DNA of 64,000 nt from an uncultured Thermoleophilia bacterium (GCA_963824455.1 CAWGPJ010000002.1:144664-208663), one strand, 5' to 3'; positions 1-9,847 are shown, numbered from the stretch's first letter. Translations and numbers: made by a program. Notes: generated from the letters alone by a model not told the origin.

Positions 1-285
1 GACGAGGGACGCTCCTGGGTGTGGCTGGAGGACGATGTCGTGCGCTTCAAGGCCGAGGCGTCGGCCTGGACGCCGCATGCGGTGCAGCTGCAGCAGGTCT
101 GGGTCGATCCCGAGGTGCGCGGCCGCGGCTACGGTTCCCGCGGCTTGGCCGATCTGATCCGCCTTCTGCTCCGGACGACGCCCGTCGTGACGCTGTTCTC
201 GCGCGCCGAGAACGACGCTGCGATCGCGCTCTACGAGCGTGTCGGGATGCAGCGTGAGCTCGACTACCGGAGCGTCCTCTTCTGA
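1..285 (+). CDS. GNAT-family N-acetyltransferase, C-terminal fragment (5' end lies outside the window)
   Basis: The frame is open from base 1. The tail QQVWVDPEVRGRGYGSRGLADLI...ALYERVGM matches the acetyl-CoA-binding motif A (RxxGxG) of GNAT enzymes. Confidence 0.7.
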   Translation, partial: DEGRSWVWLEDDVVRFKAEASAWTPHAVQLQQVWVDPEVRGRGYGSRGLADLIRLLLRTTPVVTLFSRAENDAAIALYERVGMQRELDYRSVLF

Positions 286-418
286 CGACGGCGCTCCGCC
301 GCCTGCTGCTGCTCGGAGCTGCGCTCTGGGTCACACGCTGGGCAGCGCTCGAGGCGGCCTCGGCGCTCGAGCGCCGCCGACCGAGCCGCTGACGAGCGCG
401 CCGCCGAGGTGCAACACT

Positions 419-1399
419 GTGCGCTTGGAGCTCCTGCAGCGGATCGAGGCGCACATCCGGCGCCACGAGCTGATCGCGCCGGGCGGTGAGGTGCTGTGCC
501 TCGTGTCCGGCGGTGCGGACTCGACCTGCCTCTTCCACGCGCTCGGCGAGCTCGGCTACCGGACGTCGGCGCTGCACGTCGATCACGGCCTCCGCGGCGT
601 GGAGTCCGAGGCCGACGCTGCATGGTGCTCCGAGCAGTTCGGCGCGGAGGTCGTCCCGGGTGCGGCCGACCGCCCGACCGAAGCGGCGCTGCGCGACGTG
701 CGCTACTCCGTGAGGGCCGGTGCGCTGCGCGCGACGGGCCACACGCTCACCGACCAGGTGGAGACGATCCTCTACCGCCTCGTGTCGAGCGGGACGGCGA
801 AGGGCATCGAGGTCCGCCGCTCCGACGGAGTCGTGCGCCCGCTGCTCTGTGTGTGGCGCGAGGAGACGGAAGGTTACTGCCGCGACCGCGGCCTCGCGTG
901 GCGCGAGGACTCGTCGAACGCTGCGACGGTGCGCGGGACGATTCGCCGCGAGGTGATGCCGGTCCTCGAGCGCATCCATCCCGCTGCGCGGGAGAACCTC
1001 CTGCGCGCGCTCGACGGGCGGCGCACGCTCCCGCCGGCGCTTGCGGAGCTGCTCGACGCGCCGATCGGGTCGCGGCGCGTCGACCTCGGCGGCGGCGTGC
1101 AGGCCGTGCGCGAGCACGATCGGCTGTGGCTCGAGCGCGGCCCGGTCGCGCTGTCCGGCGCGGTGACGTGGGGCGGATGGCGGATCGAGTCGCGGCGTCC
1201 GGGGCTGCGTGTGCGCGGCTGGCGTCCGGGCGACCGTCTCGCGGGCCGCAGGAAGAAGATCCAGGACGTATTCGTCGACGCGAAGGTTCCGCGTTCCGAC
1301 CGCGAGGGGTGGCCGCTCGTCGTACACGGTGAGGAGGTCGTGTGCGTGCCGGGCATCGTGGAGGCCGAGGGAGTGACGGTGAGCCGTGTCGATGGTTGA
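419..1399 (+). CDS. tilS: tRNA(Ile)-lysidine synthase
   Basis: PP-loop LVSGGADSTCL and HVDHGLRG motifs, with the classic position upstream of hpt-ftsH. The track ORF starts at 239, but the in-frame GTG at 419 (VRLELLQRIEAHI) gives a normal N-terminus. The exact start is uncertain. Confidence 0.85.
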   Translation: MRLELLQRIEAHIRRHELIAPGGEVLCLVSGGADSTCLFHALGELGYRTSALHVDHGLRGVESEADAAWCSEQFGAEVVPGAADRPTEAALRDVRYSVRAGALRATGHTLTDQVETILYRLVSSGTAKGIEVRRSDGVVRPLLCVWREETEGYCRDRGLAWREDSSNAATVRGTIRREVMPVLERIHPAARENLLRALDGRRTLPPALAELLDAPIGSRRVDLGGGVQAVREHDRLWLERGPVALSGAVTWGGWRIESRRPGLRVRGWRPGDRLAGRRKKIQDVFVDAKVPRSDREGWPLVVHGEEVVCVPGIVEAEGVTVSRVDG

Positions 1400-1946
1400 G
1401 GTCGAGGCCGGCGTCGGCGAGGTGCTGATCGGCGAGGACGAGCTGCAGGCACGCATCCGCGCGCTCGGCGCCGAGATCTCCGCCGACTACCGGGGTCGCG
1501 AGCTTCTGCTCGTGGGCGTGCTCAAGGGCGCGGTGTTCTTCATGGCCGACCTGATGCGGTCGCTCTCGGTGGCCTGCGAGATCGACTTCATGGCGATCTC
1601 GAGCTACGGGGCGGCGACCGACTCGTCGGGCGTCGTCCGGATCCTCAAGGACCTCGACATCAACATCGAGGGGCGGCACGTCCTCGTGGTCGAGGACATC
1701 ATCGACTCCGGCCTGACGCTCTCCTACCTGCTGCGCAACCTCGAGTCACGGGAGCCGGCGAGCCTCGAGATCTGCGCGCTCCTGACGAAGCCGGAGCGGC
1801 GGGAGGTCGACGTCCCGGTGCGCTACATCGGCTTCGAGATCCCGAACCGGTTCGTGATCGGCTACGGGCTCGATTTCGCCGAGCGGTACCGGAACCTCCC
1901 GTATGTGGGCGTGCTGCGGGACGACCTGATGCCGGAAGGGGTCTGA
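1386..1946 (+). CDS. hpt: hypoxanthine phosphoribosyltransferase
   Basis: LLLVGVLKGAVFFMADL and the PRPP loop VLVVEDIIDSGLTLSYL. An alternative ATG at 1392 also overlaps the tilS stop. Confidence 0.93.
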   Translation: MSMVEVEAGVGEVLIGEDELQARIRALGAEISADYRGRELLLVGVLKGAVFFMADLMRSLSVACEIDFMAISSYGAATDSSGVVRILKDLDINIEGRHVLVVEDIIDSGLTLSYLLRNLESREPASLEICALLTKPERREVDVPVRYIGFEIPNRFVIGYGLDFAERYRNLPYVGVLRDDLMPEGV

Positions 1947-2016
1947 CCCGGTTGGGTCAGGAGGGGTTCCGGGGGCGCACCGGGAACATGCAACCGGCTA
2001 CCCTTTGTGAGGACCC

Positions 2017-3960
2017 GTGAACCGTTTTCTCCGTAGCGCGTTTTTCCCGCTGATCGTGATCGTCGTGCTGGTGTGGCTGGCAAGCCAGACCCTGATCCAC
2101 ACGGGCGGGACGACGGAGAAGAAGACGACCTCGCAGGCGCTCACCGACGTCAAGAACGGGCAGGTCGACTCGGCCGTCTTCAATCCGAGCAAGCGGTCGA
2201 TCTCGCTCAAGTACGACAACGGGAAGAGCGCGACCGTCCACTACGCGTCCGACCAGGCGCAGATCCAGTTCCAGGAGGCGCTGCAGAGCAAGGGCGTCAC
2301 CTGGGACTCGAAGGGGACCGGCGGGTTCTCGTGGACGGCGCTGATCGGCAGCTTCCTGCCGTTCCTGCTCCTGATCGGGTTCTGGATCTTCCTGATGAAC
2401 CAGGTGCAGGGCGGCGGGTCGAAGGTGATGAGCTTCGGCAAGTCGCGCGCGAAGCGCATGGCGCCCGATTCGCCGAAGATCGGCTTCAAGGACGTCGCCG
2501 GCGTCGACGAGGCGGTGGAGGAGCTCCAGGAGATCAAGGAGTTCCTCGAGAACCCGAAGAAGTTCCAGGCGCTCGGCGCGTCGATCCCCAAGGGCGTGCT
2601 TCTGTACGGGCCTCCCGGCACCGGTAAGACGCTTCTCGCGCGTGCGGTCGCCGGCGAGGCAGGCGTGCCGTTCTTCTCGATCTCCGGCTCCGACTTCGTC
2701 GAGATGTTCGTCGGGGTCGGCGCCTCGCGCGTGCGCGACCTGTTCGAGCAGGCGAAGCAGGCATCGCCGTGCATCGTGTTCATGGACGAGATCGACGCGG
2801 TCGGCCGCCACCGCGGTGCCGGCCTCGGCGGCGGCCACGACGAGCGCGAGCAGACCCTCAACCAGCTGCTCGTCGAGATGGACGGCTTCGAGATGAAGGA
2901 CAACATCATCCTGATCGCCGCCACGAACCGTCCCGACATCCTCGATCCGGCACTGCTCCGTCCGGGCCGTTTCGACCGGCAGATCGTCGTCGACCGGCCC
3001 GACCGCAACGGCCGTCGCAAGATCCTCGAGGTGCACTCGAAGGGCAAGCCGCTGGCGTCGGTGATCGACCTCGACTCGCTCGCGGCCGGCACCCCCGGTT
3101 TCACGGGTGCCGACCTGCGCAACCTGGTCAACGAGGCCGCGCTGCTCGCGGCGCGCCGCGGCAAGAAGGTGATCGAGCAGGAGGAGCTCGAGGAGGGGAT
3201 CATGCGCGTGATCGCCGGGCCGGAGAAGAAGGCCCGCCTGCTCTCCGAGAAGGAGCAGCGGATCACCGCCTACCACGAGATGGGCCATGCGCTGGTCGGG
3301 CACTTCCTCGAGAACACCGACCCGGTGCACAAGATCACGATCGTGTCGCGCGGGCAGGCACTCGGGTTGACGATCTCGCTGCCGACCGAGGATCGCTACC
3401 TGACGACGCGCAAGGCGCTGCTCGAGCAGATCGCGATGACGATGGGCGGGCGCGCCGCCGAGGAGCTTGTCTTCAACGAGGTGACCACCGGCGCTGCGAA
3501 CGACATCGAGAAGGTGACTGCGACGGCGAAGCAGATGGTGATGCGCTTCGGCATGAGCGAGAAGCTCGGCCCGCGCGTCCTCGGCCGCAACCACGACATG
3601 CCGTTCCTCGGACGGGAGATGGGCGCCGAGCCCGACTACTCCGAAGAGGTCGCCCGCGAGATCGACGACGAGATCCGGCGGATCATCGAAGAGGGACACG
3701 ACCTCGCGAACAGGGTGCTCCGCGAGCACATCGACGACCTGCACCGGATTTCGCAGATCCTCATCGAGCGGGAGACGATCGACCGCGATCAGTTCCAGCG
3801 GCTCCTCGCCGGCGAGTCCGAGGACGCGGTCTTCCCGCCGGAGCCGGCGCCGGCCGCAGAGCCGCCGGGCGAGCCCGAGCGGCGGCCGCAGCCGAAGCCG
3901 CGGCCGTTCCCGCTGCCGGGCGGTGCGGCCATGCAGCCGCCTGAACCCGAGGCGAGCTAG
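2017..3960 (+). CDS. ftsH: ATP-dependent zinc metalloprotease FtsH
   Basis: N-terminal TM segment, Walker A GPPGTGKT, Walker [12 protein letters not shown] region, and zinc site HEMGHA. Length 647 aa. Confidence 0.97.
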   Translation: MNRFLRSAFFPLIVIVVLVWLASQTLIHTGGTTEKKTTSQALTDVKNGQVDSAVFNPSKRSISLKYDNGKSATVHYASDQAQIQFQEALQSKGVTWDSKGTGGFSWTALIGSFLPFLLLIGFWIFLMNQVQGGGSKVMSFGKSRAKRMAPDSPKIGFKDVAGVDEAVEELQEIKEFLENPKKFQALGASIPKGVLLYGPPGTGKTLLARAVAGEAGVPFFSISGSDFVEMFVGVGASRVRDLFEQAKQASPCIVFMDEIDAVGRHRGAGLGGGHDEREQTLNQLLVEMDGFEMKDNIILIAATNRPDILDPALLRPGRFDRQIVVDRPDRNGRRKILEVHSKGKPLASVIDLDSLAAGTPGFTGADLRNLVNEAALLAARRGKKVIEQEELEEGIMRVIAGPEKKARLLSEKEQRITAYHEMGHALVGHFLENTDPVHKITIVSRGQALGLTISLPTEDRYLTTRKALLEQIAMTMGGRAAEELVFNEVTTGAANDIEKVTATAKQMVMRFGMSEKLGPRVLGRNHDMPFLGREMGAEPDYSEEVAREIDDEIRRIIEEGHDLANRVLREHIDDLHRISQILIERETIDRDQFQRLLAGESEDAVFPPEPAPAAEPPGEPERRPQPKPRPFPLPGGAAMQPPEPEAS

Positions 3961-4300
3961 GCTCGGCTCGGGTTCGCGTGGGTGCCCGCGTGCGGGCGGC
4001 CACCGATGTGCTCTGCCCGAGGCGAGCTAGGCTGGGCTCGGGTTCGCGTGGGTGCCCGCGTGCGGGCGGCCACCGATGTGCTCTGCCCGAGGCGAGCTAG
4101 GCTGGGCTCGGGTTCGTGTGGGTGCCCGCGTGCGGGCGGCCACCGATGTGCTCTGCCCGAGGCGAGCTAGGCTGGGCTCGGGTTCGTGTGGGTGCCCGCG
4201 TGCGGGCGGCCACCGATGTGCTCTGCCCGAGGCGAGCTAGGCTGGGCTCGGGTTCGCGTGGGTGCCCGCGTGCGGGCAGCCACCGATGTGCTTTGCCCTG
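3946..4300. repeat. 70-bp tandem direct repeat, 5 copies, beginning inside the last codons of ftsH
   Basis: The unit GGCGAGCTAGGCTGGGCTCGGGTTCGCGTGGGTGCCCGCGTGCGGGCGGCCACCGATGTGCTCTGCCCGA starts at 3951, 4021, 4091, 4161 and 4231, with 0-3 substitutions per copy and no spacers. Confidence 0.95.
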
Positions 4301-4341
4301 GCACCAGGAAGCCTCCGCCGGCCACGGGCGTTGAGGCTTTA

Positions 4342-5277
4342 GTGGGACGTGGGCGGCACTCCGCGGCGCTGCAGCTGCTCCTGGTCGCCGCGCTCTTCGG
4401 CGGGACGTGGCCCGCCGGGAAGGTGGCGGTCGACCACGTGCCCCCGCTCACCGTTGCGACGGCGAGGTTCGTGCTCGCGAGCATCCTCCTCGTCGCGATC
4501 GTCCGTCTGCGCGGCCGCCCGCTTCCCTTCCCCGCCCGCAGCGACCTGCCGCTCGTGCTCGCCCTCGGCCTGACGGGGATCGCGGCCTACCAGGCGTTCT
4601 TCCTGATCGGCCTCGTCCGGACGCCCGCGAGCGACGGCGCCATCCTCGTCCCCGGGCTGATCCCCGTGTTCACGACGCTGCTCGCGTGGCGCATCTACGG
4701 CCAGCGCCCGACCCGGCGGGTCGCGCTCGGGTTCGGGATCGCGATCGTCGGCCTCGTGGTCGTCGTCGATCCCGCCGGCGCGGTCAGCTCGAGCCGGCTC
4801 CTCGGCGACCTGATCCTCGTCGGCGCCGCCGTGTGCTGGGCGGTCTACACGATCCTGGGCCGCTCGGCGCTCGCGCGCTTCGACGCCCTGCTCGCCACCA
4901 CCTACGCCTCGATCGTCGGCGCGCTGATGCTCGCTCCGTTCTCGGTCACCGGCTGGGGGACGCTGGCCCACGCCGGCCGGGCCGCGTGGCTGTCGATCCT
5001 CTACCTCGCCCCGCTCGGGACGGTGCTCGCGTTCGTCCTCTACTACGGCGGCGTGCGCAGGCTCGGGGCGTCCCGGGCCGCCGCGTTCACGCTCCTCGTC
5101 CCCGTCTTCGGCGTGTCGTCGGCGATCCTCGTGCTCGGAGAGTCGCTGCGCGCCGGGCTCGCCGTCGGCGGCGCGATCGTGCTGGCCGGGCTCTGGCTGA
5201 TCCAGCGGCCTGCACGTCAGGCGCCGGCGGCCGCCGCGCCGAGCCCCGCCTCCCACGAGGCCCACAGCCGCGCGTAG
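4342..5277 (+). CDS. EamA/DMT-family transporter
   Basis: About 10 hydrophobic segments and two EamA-like halves (FGGTWPAGKVAV..., LAPLGTVLAFVLYYGGVRRLGASRAAAFTLLVP). The track ORF starts at 4186 inside the repeat array; the in-frame GTG at 4342 is a more plausible start. The start is uncertain. Confidence 0.8.
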   Translation: MGRGRHSAALQLLLVAALFGGTWPAGKVAVDHVPPLTVATARFVLASILLVAIVRLRGRPLPFPARSDLPLVLALGLTGIAAYQAFFLIGLVRTPASDGAILVPGLIPVFTTLLAWRIYGQRPTRRVALGFGIAIVGLVVVVDPAGAVSSSRLLGDLILVGAAVCWAVYTILGRSALARFDALLATTYASIVGALMLAPFSVTGWGTLAHAGRAAWLSILYLAPLGTVLAFVLYYGGVRRLGASRAAAFTLLVPVFGVSSAILVLGESLRAGLAVGGAIVLAGLWLIQRPARQAPAAAAPSPASHEAHSRA

Positions 5278-6950
5278 CGCTCGCCCCGGCGGACGAGCTC
5301 GTTGTGCGACGCCACCTCGACGAGGCGGCCGCCCTCGAGCACGGCGACGCGGTCGGCGCGCTGCGCGGTCGAGAGCCGGTGCGCGATCGTGATCATCGTC
5401 CGGCCCTGCGCCACCGCTGCGAGCGCCCGCTCCACGGCCGCCTCCGTTCGCGGGTCGAGAGCCGAGGTCGCCTCGTCGAGGACGATCACCGCCGGGTCGG
5501 CCAGCGCGACTCGCGCGATCGAGACGAGCTGCCGCTCGCCCGCGGACAGGCGCACGCCGCGCGAGCGCACGTCGGTGTCGAGGCCGCCGGGAAGTCGCGC
5601 GAACCGCTCGAGCGCCTCGATCGCCTCGAGCGCCGCGCGCACCTCGTGGTCGGCGGCGCCGGGCCGGCCGAGCCGAACGTTGTCGGCGATCGAGCCCGAG
5701 AAGAGGTGCCCCTCCTGCGGGACGAAGACGATGCGCCGCCGCAGCTCGTCGTGCCCGACGTCGCGCAGGTCGACGTCCCCGTAGGTCACGACGCCCTCCC
5801 GCGGGTCGTAGAAGCGCACGAGCAGCTTCGCCAATGTCGACTTGCCGGCGCCCGTCGGCCCGACCAGCGCCAGGTGCTCGCCCGCCTCGACCGACAGCGA
5901 GATGTCGGCGGCCGCCGGAGCTCCGCCGTCGTAGGCGAACGTGACCCCGGTCGCGCGCAGGGCGCCCGAGACGGGGAGCGCCGCCGTGCCGCCCTCGACC
6001 GTGACCGGCTCGGCGAGCAGGCCGGCGATCTTCTGCAGCGCCGCCCGCCCCGACTGGAACTCGGTGTACCAGTCGCCGAGCCTTGCGATCGGGTCGAAGA
6101 GCGAGATCAGGTACAGGGCGAACGCGACGATCGTCCCGACCGTGACCCGGCCGTGCCGCTCCAGGTACCCACCGACGACGAGCACCGAGGCCAGAGCGAG
6201 CGACTGCGCAAACGCGATCATCGGGAAGAAGCCGATGTTGACGAGCGAGATCCGGCGCCAGGCGGCGATCTGCGCGCGCGACCGGACCCGGTAGGAGGCG
6301 TAGCGGTCGGTCTCGCGGCGGTACGACTGCAGGACGCGTACGCCGGTCAGTCCTTCCTGGAGCGACGACATCGTCTCCGCGACCCGGTCGCGCAGCGCGA
6401 GAAACGCCGGTCTCGAGTTCCTCCCGTAGCGAAGCGACGACCAGACGAGCAGCGGCACCGGCACGAGCATGACCAGCGACAGGAGCGGTGACAGCGTGAC
6501 GAGGACGACGAGCGTGACGACGAACAGGAGCACCGAGCCCACGACCTCGACCAGCACCATCCGTGTGAACGTCGTCAGCGTCTGCACGTCGTTCGTCAGG
6601 CGCGAGACCAGCACGCCGGCGCGGGTCTCCTCGAAGAACGGCATCGAGAGGGCCTGCAGCTTGTCGAAGGCCGCCACGCGCAGGTCGCCGAGGAACCGCT
6701 CGCCGGCGCGTGCGCTGCAGAGCACGATCACGCGCTCGAGCACCGGCCGAACGAGGACGAGGACGAGGAAGATCCCCGCGGCGACGTTGACGGCGCGGGC
6801 GTTCCCCTTCGAGATGCCCTGATCGATCGCGTACTTCGTGAGCAGCGGCGCTGCGAGCGAGATCGCGGTCGCACCGATCATCGCCACCCCGGCGAGGGCG
6901 ATCGTCCGGCGGTACGGCCGCAGGATCGGCGCGATCTGCTCGCGGATCAC
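5217..6950 (-). CDS. ABC exporter, fused permease/ATPase subunit (second of a heterodimeric pair)
   Basis: This is the C-terminal part of the 1159-aa track ORF. It has 6 TM helices, then Walker A GPTGAGKST, signature LSAGERQ and Walker B VIVLDEATSALD. The GTG start at 6950 overlaps the upstream stop (GTGA). Confidence 0.9.
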   Translation of the reverse strand: MIREQIAPILRPYRRTIALAGVAMIGATAISLAAPLLTKYAIDQGISKGNARAVNVAAGIFLVLVLVRPVLERVIVLCSARAGERFLGDLRVAAFDKLQALSMPFFEETRAGVLVSRLTNDVQTLTTFTRMVLVEVVGSVLLFVVTLVVLVTLSPLLSLVMLVPVPLLVWSSLRYGRNSRPAFLALRDRVAETMSSLQEGLTGVRVLQSYRRETDRYASYRVRSRAQIAAWRRISLVNIGFFPMIAFAQSLALASVLVVGGYLERHGRVTVGTIVAFALYLISLFDPIARLGDWYTEFQSGRAALQKIAGLLAEPVTVEGGTAALPVSGALRATGVTFAYDGGAPAAADISLSVEAGEHLALVGPTGAGKSTLAKLLVRFYDPREGVVTYGDVDLRDVGHDELRRRIVFVPQEGHLFSGSIADNVRLGRPGAADHEVRAALEAIEALERFARLPGGLDTDVRSRGVRLSAGERQLVSIARVALADPAVIVLDEATSALDPRTEAAVERALAAVAQGRTMITIAHRLSTAQRADRVAVLEGGRLVEVASHNELVRRGERYARLWASWEAGLGAAAAGA

Positions 6951-8671
6951 GCCACCCTCGACGCCGGAACGGCCAGCAGCGACCGATACCTCGGCGAGCG
7001 GGCGAGCAGCTCCTCGTGCGTCCCCTGCTCGGTGACGCGCCCGGCCTCGACCAGCGCGACGCGGTCGGCCAGCGCGATCGTCGCCGGCCGGTGGGCGATC
7101 ACGAGCGTCGTTCGCCCGCGCATCACCTCGGCGAGCGCGGCCCGGATCTCGTGCTCCTTCGTCGCGTCGACGGCCGAGGTCGCGTCGTCGAGGATCAGGA
7201 CCTTCGGGTCGGCGAGGATCGCCCGCGCGATCGCGATCCGCTGGCGCTGCCCGCCGGAGAGCGAGAAGCCGCGCTCGCCGAGCATCGTCTCGTACCCCTC
7301 GGGCAGCCGCTCGACGAACTCGTCGGCTCCCGCGAGCCTGGTCGCGCGCTCGATCTCGTCGTCGTCCGCCTCGGGCGCTGCGAGGCCGACGTTCTCGCGG
7401 ACGGTGTCGCCGAAGAGGAACGCGTCCTCGAACACGATGCCGACGCGTTGACGGAGCTCGTCGAGCAGCAGGTCGCGGAGGTCGACGTCGCCGATCGTCA
7501 CCCGGCCGGCACGCGGGTCGTAGAACCGCGCAAGCAGCGCCGCCGCCGTCGACTTCCCCGAGCCCGTGGCGCCGACCAGCGCGAGCGACGTCCCGGCGGG
7601 GATCTCGAGGTCGAACCCGTCGAGAACCGGACGCTCGTCGTCGTAGGAGAACTGCACATCGTCGAAGCGGATCGCCGCGCTCTCCGGAAACGCGCGTGGG
7701 TGCGGCGCCTCGACGACGACCGGCTCGGCGCGCAGCACGTCCGTGACCCGCAGCGCTGCGGCGACCGCGCGCTGGAGCGTCCCGAGCCGCTGCCCGATCG
7801 TCCGCAGCGGGTTCACGAGCAGGGCGAGGTAGAAGCCGAACGCCGCGAACGTGCCGATCGTGATGTCGCCGTCGAGCGCCTGGTGGCCGCCGTACCAGAG
7901 CACGACCAGCATCCCGATCAGCGGGAGCGCCTCGAGGGCGGGCAGGAAGACCGCGTCGACCCCTGCGACGTCGAGCGCGGTGCGTACGACCTCGTCCGAG
8001 CGGTCGCGGAACCGTGCGGACACCGCAGCCTCGGCGCCGAGGCCCTTGACGACGCGGACGCCGGCGATCGACTCCTCGACCAGCGACGTCGCCTCGGCGA
8101 GACGCTCCTGATTCACCTTGGTGCGTTCGGCGTAGCGCTCGGAGTAGCGGCCGAACCCGATGCTGAGCAGCGGCAGCGGCAGCAGCACGGCGAGCGCGAG
8201 GCGCCAGTCGAGCACGAACAGGACGACCGACGTGCCGACGATCGTGAACACGTAGCCGATCGTGTGCCCGATCGAGTCGAACGCCCGGGCCACCAGCTCC
8301 GCGTCGTTCGAAGCCCTGGAGATCAGCTCGCCGGCGCCGACCCGGTCGTGGTAGTGGGCGTCCAGCTCGAGCGCGCGGCGGAAGATCGCGTCGCGGACCT
8401 GGGCGTCCGCGCGGGCCCGGTTCCGGATCGCGAACACGTGCCGGAGCGCTCCGGACGACGCCTCGATCGCGCCGAGCACCACGAGCCCGGCGCACGACCA
8501 GAGGAGCGCGCTGGTGCTCCCGCCGACGACGCCGGCGTCGACGGCGTACTTGATCAGGAGCGGCGCCGCGATCGCGGCGCCCTGCCAGGCGAGCCCGGAG
8601 GCGACCGCGCCGACGATCGACCAGCGCAGCCTCTTCGCGATCACCCCGAGGTAGCGCCAACCACTGTCCAC
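6947..8671 (-). CDS. ABC exporter, fused permease/ATPase subunit (first of pair)
   Basis: TM domain followed by GATGSGKST, LSGGQRQR and LILDDATSAVD. Length 574 aa. Confidence 0.92.
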   Translation of the reverse strand: MDSGWRYLGVIAKRLRWSIVGAVASGLAWQGAAIAAPLLIKYAVDAGVVGGSTSALLWSCAGLVVLGAIEASSGALRHVFAIRNRARADAQVRDAIFRRALELDAHYHDRVGAGELISRASNDAELVARAFDSIGHTIGYVFTIVGTSVVLFVLDWRLALAVLLPLPLLSIGFGRYSERYAERTKVNQERLAEATSLVEESIAGVRVVKGLGAEAAVSARFRDRSDEVVRTALDVAGVDAVFLPALEALPLIGMLVVLWYGGHQALDGDITIGTFAAFGFYLALLVNPLRTIGQRLGTLQRAVAAALRVTDVLRAEPVVVEAPHPRAFPESAAIRFDDVQFSYDDERPVLDGFDLEIPAGTSLALVGATGSGKSTAAALLARFYDPRAGRVTIGDVDLRDLLLDELRQRVGIVFEDAFLFGDTVRENVGLAAPEADDDEIERATRLAGADEFVERLPEGYETMLGERGFSLSGGQRQRIAIARAILADPKVLILDDATSAVDATKEHEIRAALAEVMRGRTTLVIAHRPATIALADRVALVEAGRVTEQGTHEELLARSPRYRSLLAVPASRVA

Positions 8672-8825
8672 CCGCGAAAGTATCCGGAGGTGTCAACCAG
8701 GCCGGCGATCGAGGAGCGGTTCCCGCGGCCGTCCGTGATGGGCGTGATCAACGTCACCCCCGACTCGTTCTCCGACGGAGGCGTCCATCTGCGCCTCGAG
8801 GCCGCGGTCACGCTCGGCCTGGGGA

Positions 8826-9512
8826 ATGCTCGAGGCAGGCGCGGCGATCGTCGACGTCGGAGGGGAGTCGACGAGGCCCGGGTCGCGAGGCGTCACGGCC
8901 GAGGAGGAGCTCGAGCGGATCGAGCCGGTGCTCGCCGACCTCGCCGGCGCGCCCGTCTCGGTCGACACGTCGAAGGCCGTCGTCGCGCGCCGCGCGCTCG
9001 AGCTGGGCGTCGAGCTCGTCAACGACGTGACCGCGCTTCGCGCCGACCCCGAGCTCGCCGGCGTCGTGGCCGATGCGGGCTGCTACGTCTGCCTGATGCA
9101 CATGCAGGGGGAGCCGCGCACGATGCAGGAGAACCCCGTCTACGACGACGTCGTGTCCGACGTCAAGCGGTTCCTCACGGAGCGGCTCGAGTTCGCGGTT
9201 CGCGCCGGCGTCCGCGAGCAGCTCGTCTGCCTCGATCCCGGGATCGGTTTCGGCAAGACGGTCGAGCACAACATGGAGCTCCTGCGGCGGCTCGACGAGC
9301 TCGCGGCGATCGGACGGCCGGTTCTGGTCGGTGTCTCGCGCAAGAGCTCGCTGGGGCGGCTCCTCGGTGACCCCGAGGCGCGGACCGGCACGACGGCGGC
9401 GTCTGTCGGTGCGGCCGTGGCCGCATACGGGCGCGGTGCGACGATCCTGCGGGCCCACGACGTGCGCGAGCACGTCGAGGCGCTGACGGTCGCGAGCGCC
9501 GTCGACGGATGA
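8826..9512 (+). CDS. folP: dihydropteroate synthase; the N-terminal 29 codons lie in another frame at 8738-8824 (apparent 1-nt frameshift)
   Basis: GAAIVDVGGESTRPGS, DTSKAVVARRAL, GIGFGKT and the folP-folB-folK order. The NVTPDSFSDGG motif is encoded upstream in the -1 frame. Confidence 0.88.
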   Translation: MLEAGAAIVDVGGESTRPGSRGVTAEEELERIEPVLADLAGAPVSVDTSKAVVARRALELGVELVNDVTALRADPELAGVVADAGCYVCLMHMQGEPRTMQENPVYDDVVSDVKRFLTERLEFAVRAGVREQLVCLDPGIGFGKTVEHNMELLRRLDELAAIGRPVLVGVSRKSSLGRLLGDPEARTGTTAASVGAAVAAYGRGATILRAHDVREHVEALTVASAVDG

Positions 9513-9847
9513 TCGTCGAGCTGAGAGGGCTCGAGGTCCGCGGCCGTCACGGGGTCTACGAGGCGGAGCAGCGCCGTGGCCAGCCGTTCTGGTTCGACGT
9601 CCGGCTCGAGGTCGGCGACCGCGGGGCCGCGGACGACCTCGGCGGGGCGGTCGACTACACCGAGGTCGCCGCGGCGATCCACGAGGTGAGCGGCGGGCGC
9701 CGCTTCGACCTGCTCGAGGCGCTCGCCTCCGCGGTCGCCGACGAGCTGCAGCGCCGGTTCGTCCCGGAGCACGTGACGGTGAGGGTGCGGAAACGGCCCG
9801 AGGGCCTCGGTGCCGAGTGGGCGGCAGTGACGGTGAGCCGCCGGTGA
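9509..9847 (+). CDS. folB: dihydroneopterin aldolase
   Basis: The 112-aa translation IVELRGLEVRGRHGVYEAEQRRGQPFWFDVRLEV is a typical FolB N-terminus. ATGA overlap with folP. Confidence 0.88.
   Translation: MIVELRGLEVRGRHGVYEAEQRRGQPFWFDVRLEVGDRGAADDLGGAVDYTEVAAAIHEVSGGRRFDLLEALASAVADELQRRFVPEHVTVRVRKRPEGLGAEWAAVTVSRR

Noticed and set aside
47-1456. Long antisense or out-of-frame ORFs throughout the window, for example 47-1456(-), 1957-3744(-), 7016-9370(+), 18957-22997(-), 20054-22756(+), 41066-45313(+) and 49706-51379(-).
   Set aside because: Their translations are low-complexity Arg/Ala/Pro/Gly strings with no motifs. They lie opposite or out of frame to genes with clear homology, which is typical stop-codon-poor shadow ORF behaviour in very GC-rich DNA.
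3946-4300. Regularly spaced 70-bp repeats that could be mistaken for a CRISPR array, and the identical 62-aa ORFs at 3982, 4052, 4116 and 4186.
   Set aside because: The units are directly contiguous with no unique spacers, are too long for CRISPR repeats, and no cas genes are nearby. The ORFs are by-products of the repeat: identical sequence with a period that is not a multiple of 3.
5217-5277. A 61-nt 3'-end overlap of the convergent EamA transporter and ABC genes as a possible antisense regulatory arrangement.
   Set aside because: Both C-terminal tails are low-complexity Ala/Pro-rich extensions, so one or both stops may be fortuitous. I cannot assess any conservation.
5217-8696. A single 1159-aa ORF suggesting a giant fused ABC protein.
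   Set aside because: The N-terminal about 580 codons of that frame are Arg/Ala/Pro-rich shadow sequence overlapping the real gene 6947-8671 in another frame. The genuine second ABC gene starts at GTG 6950, overlapping the first gene's TGA.
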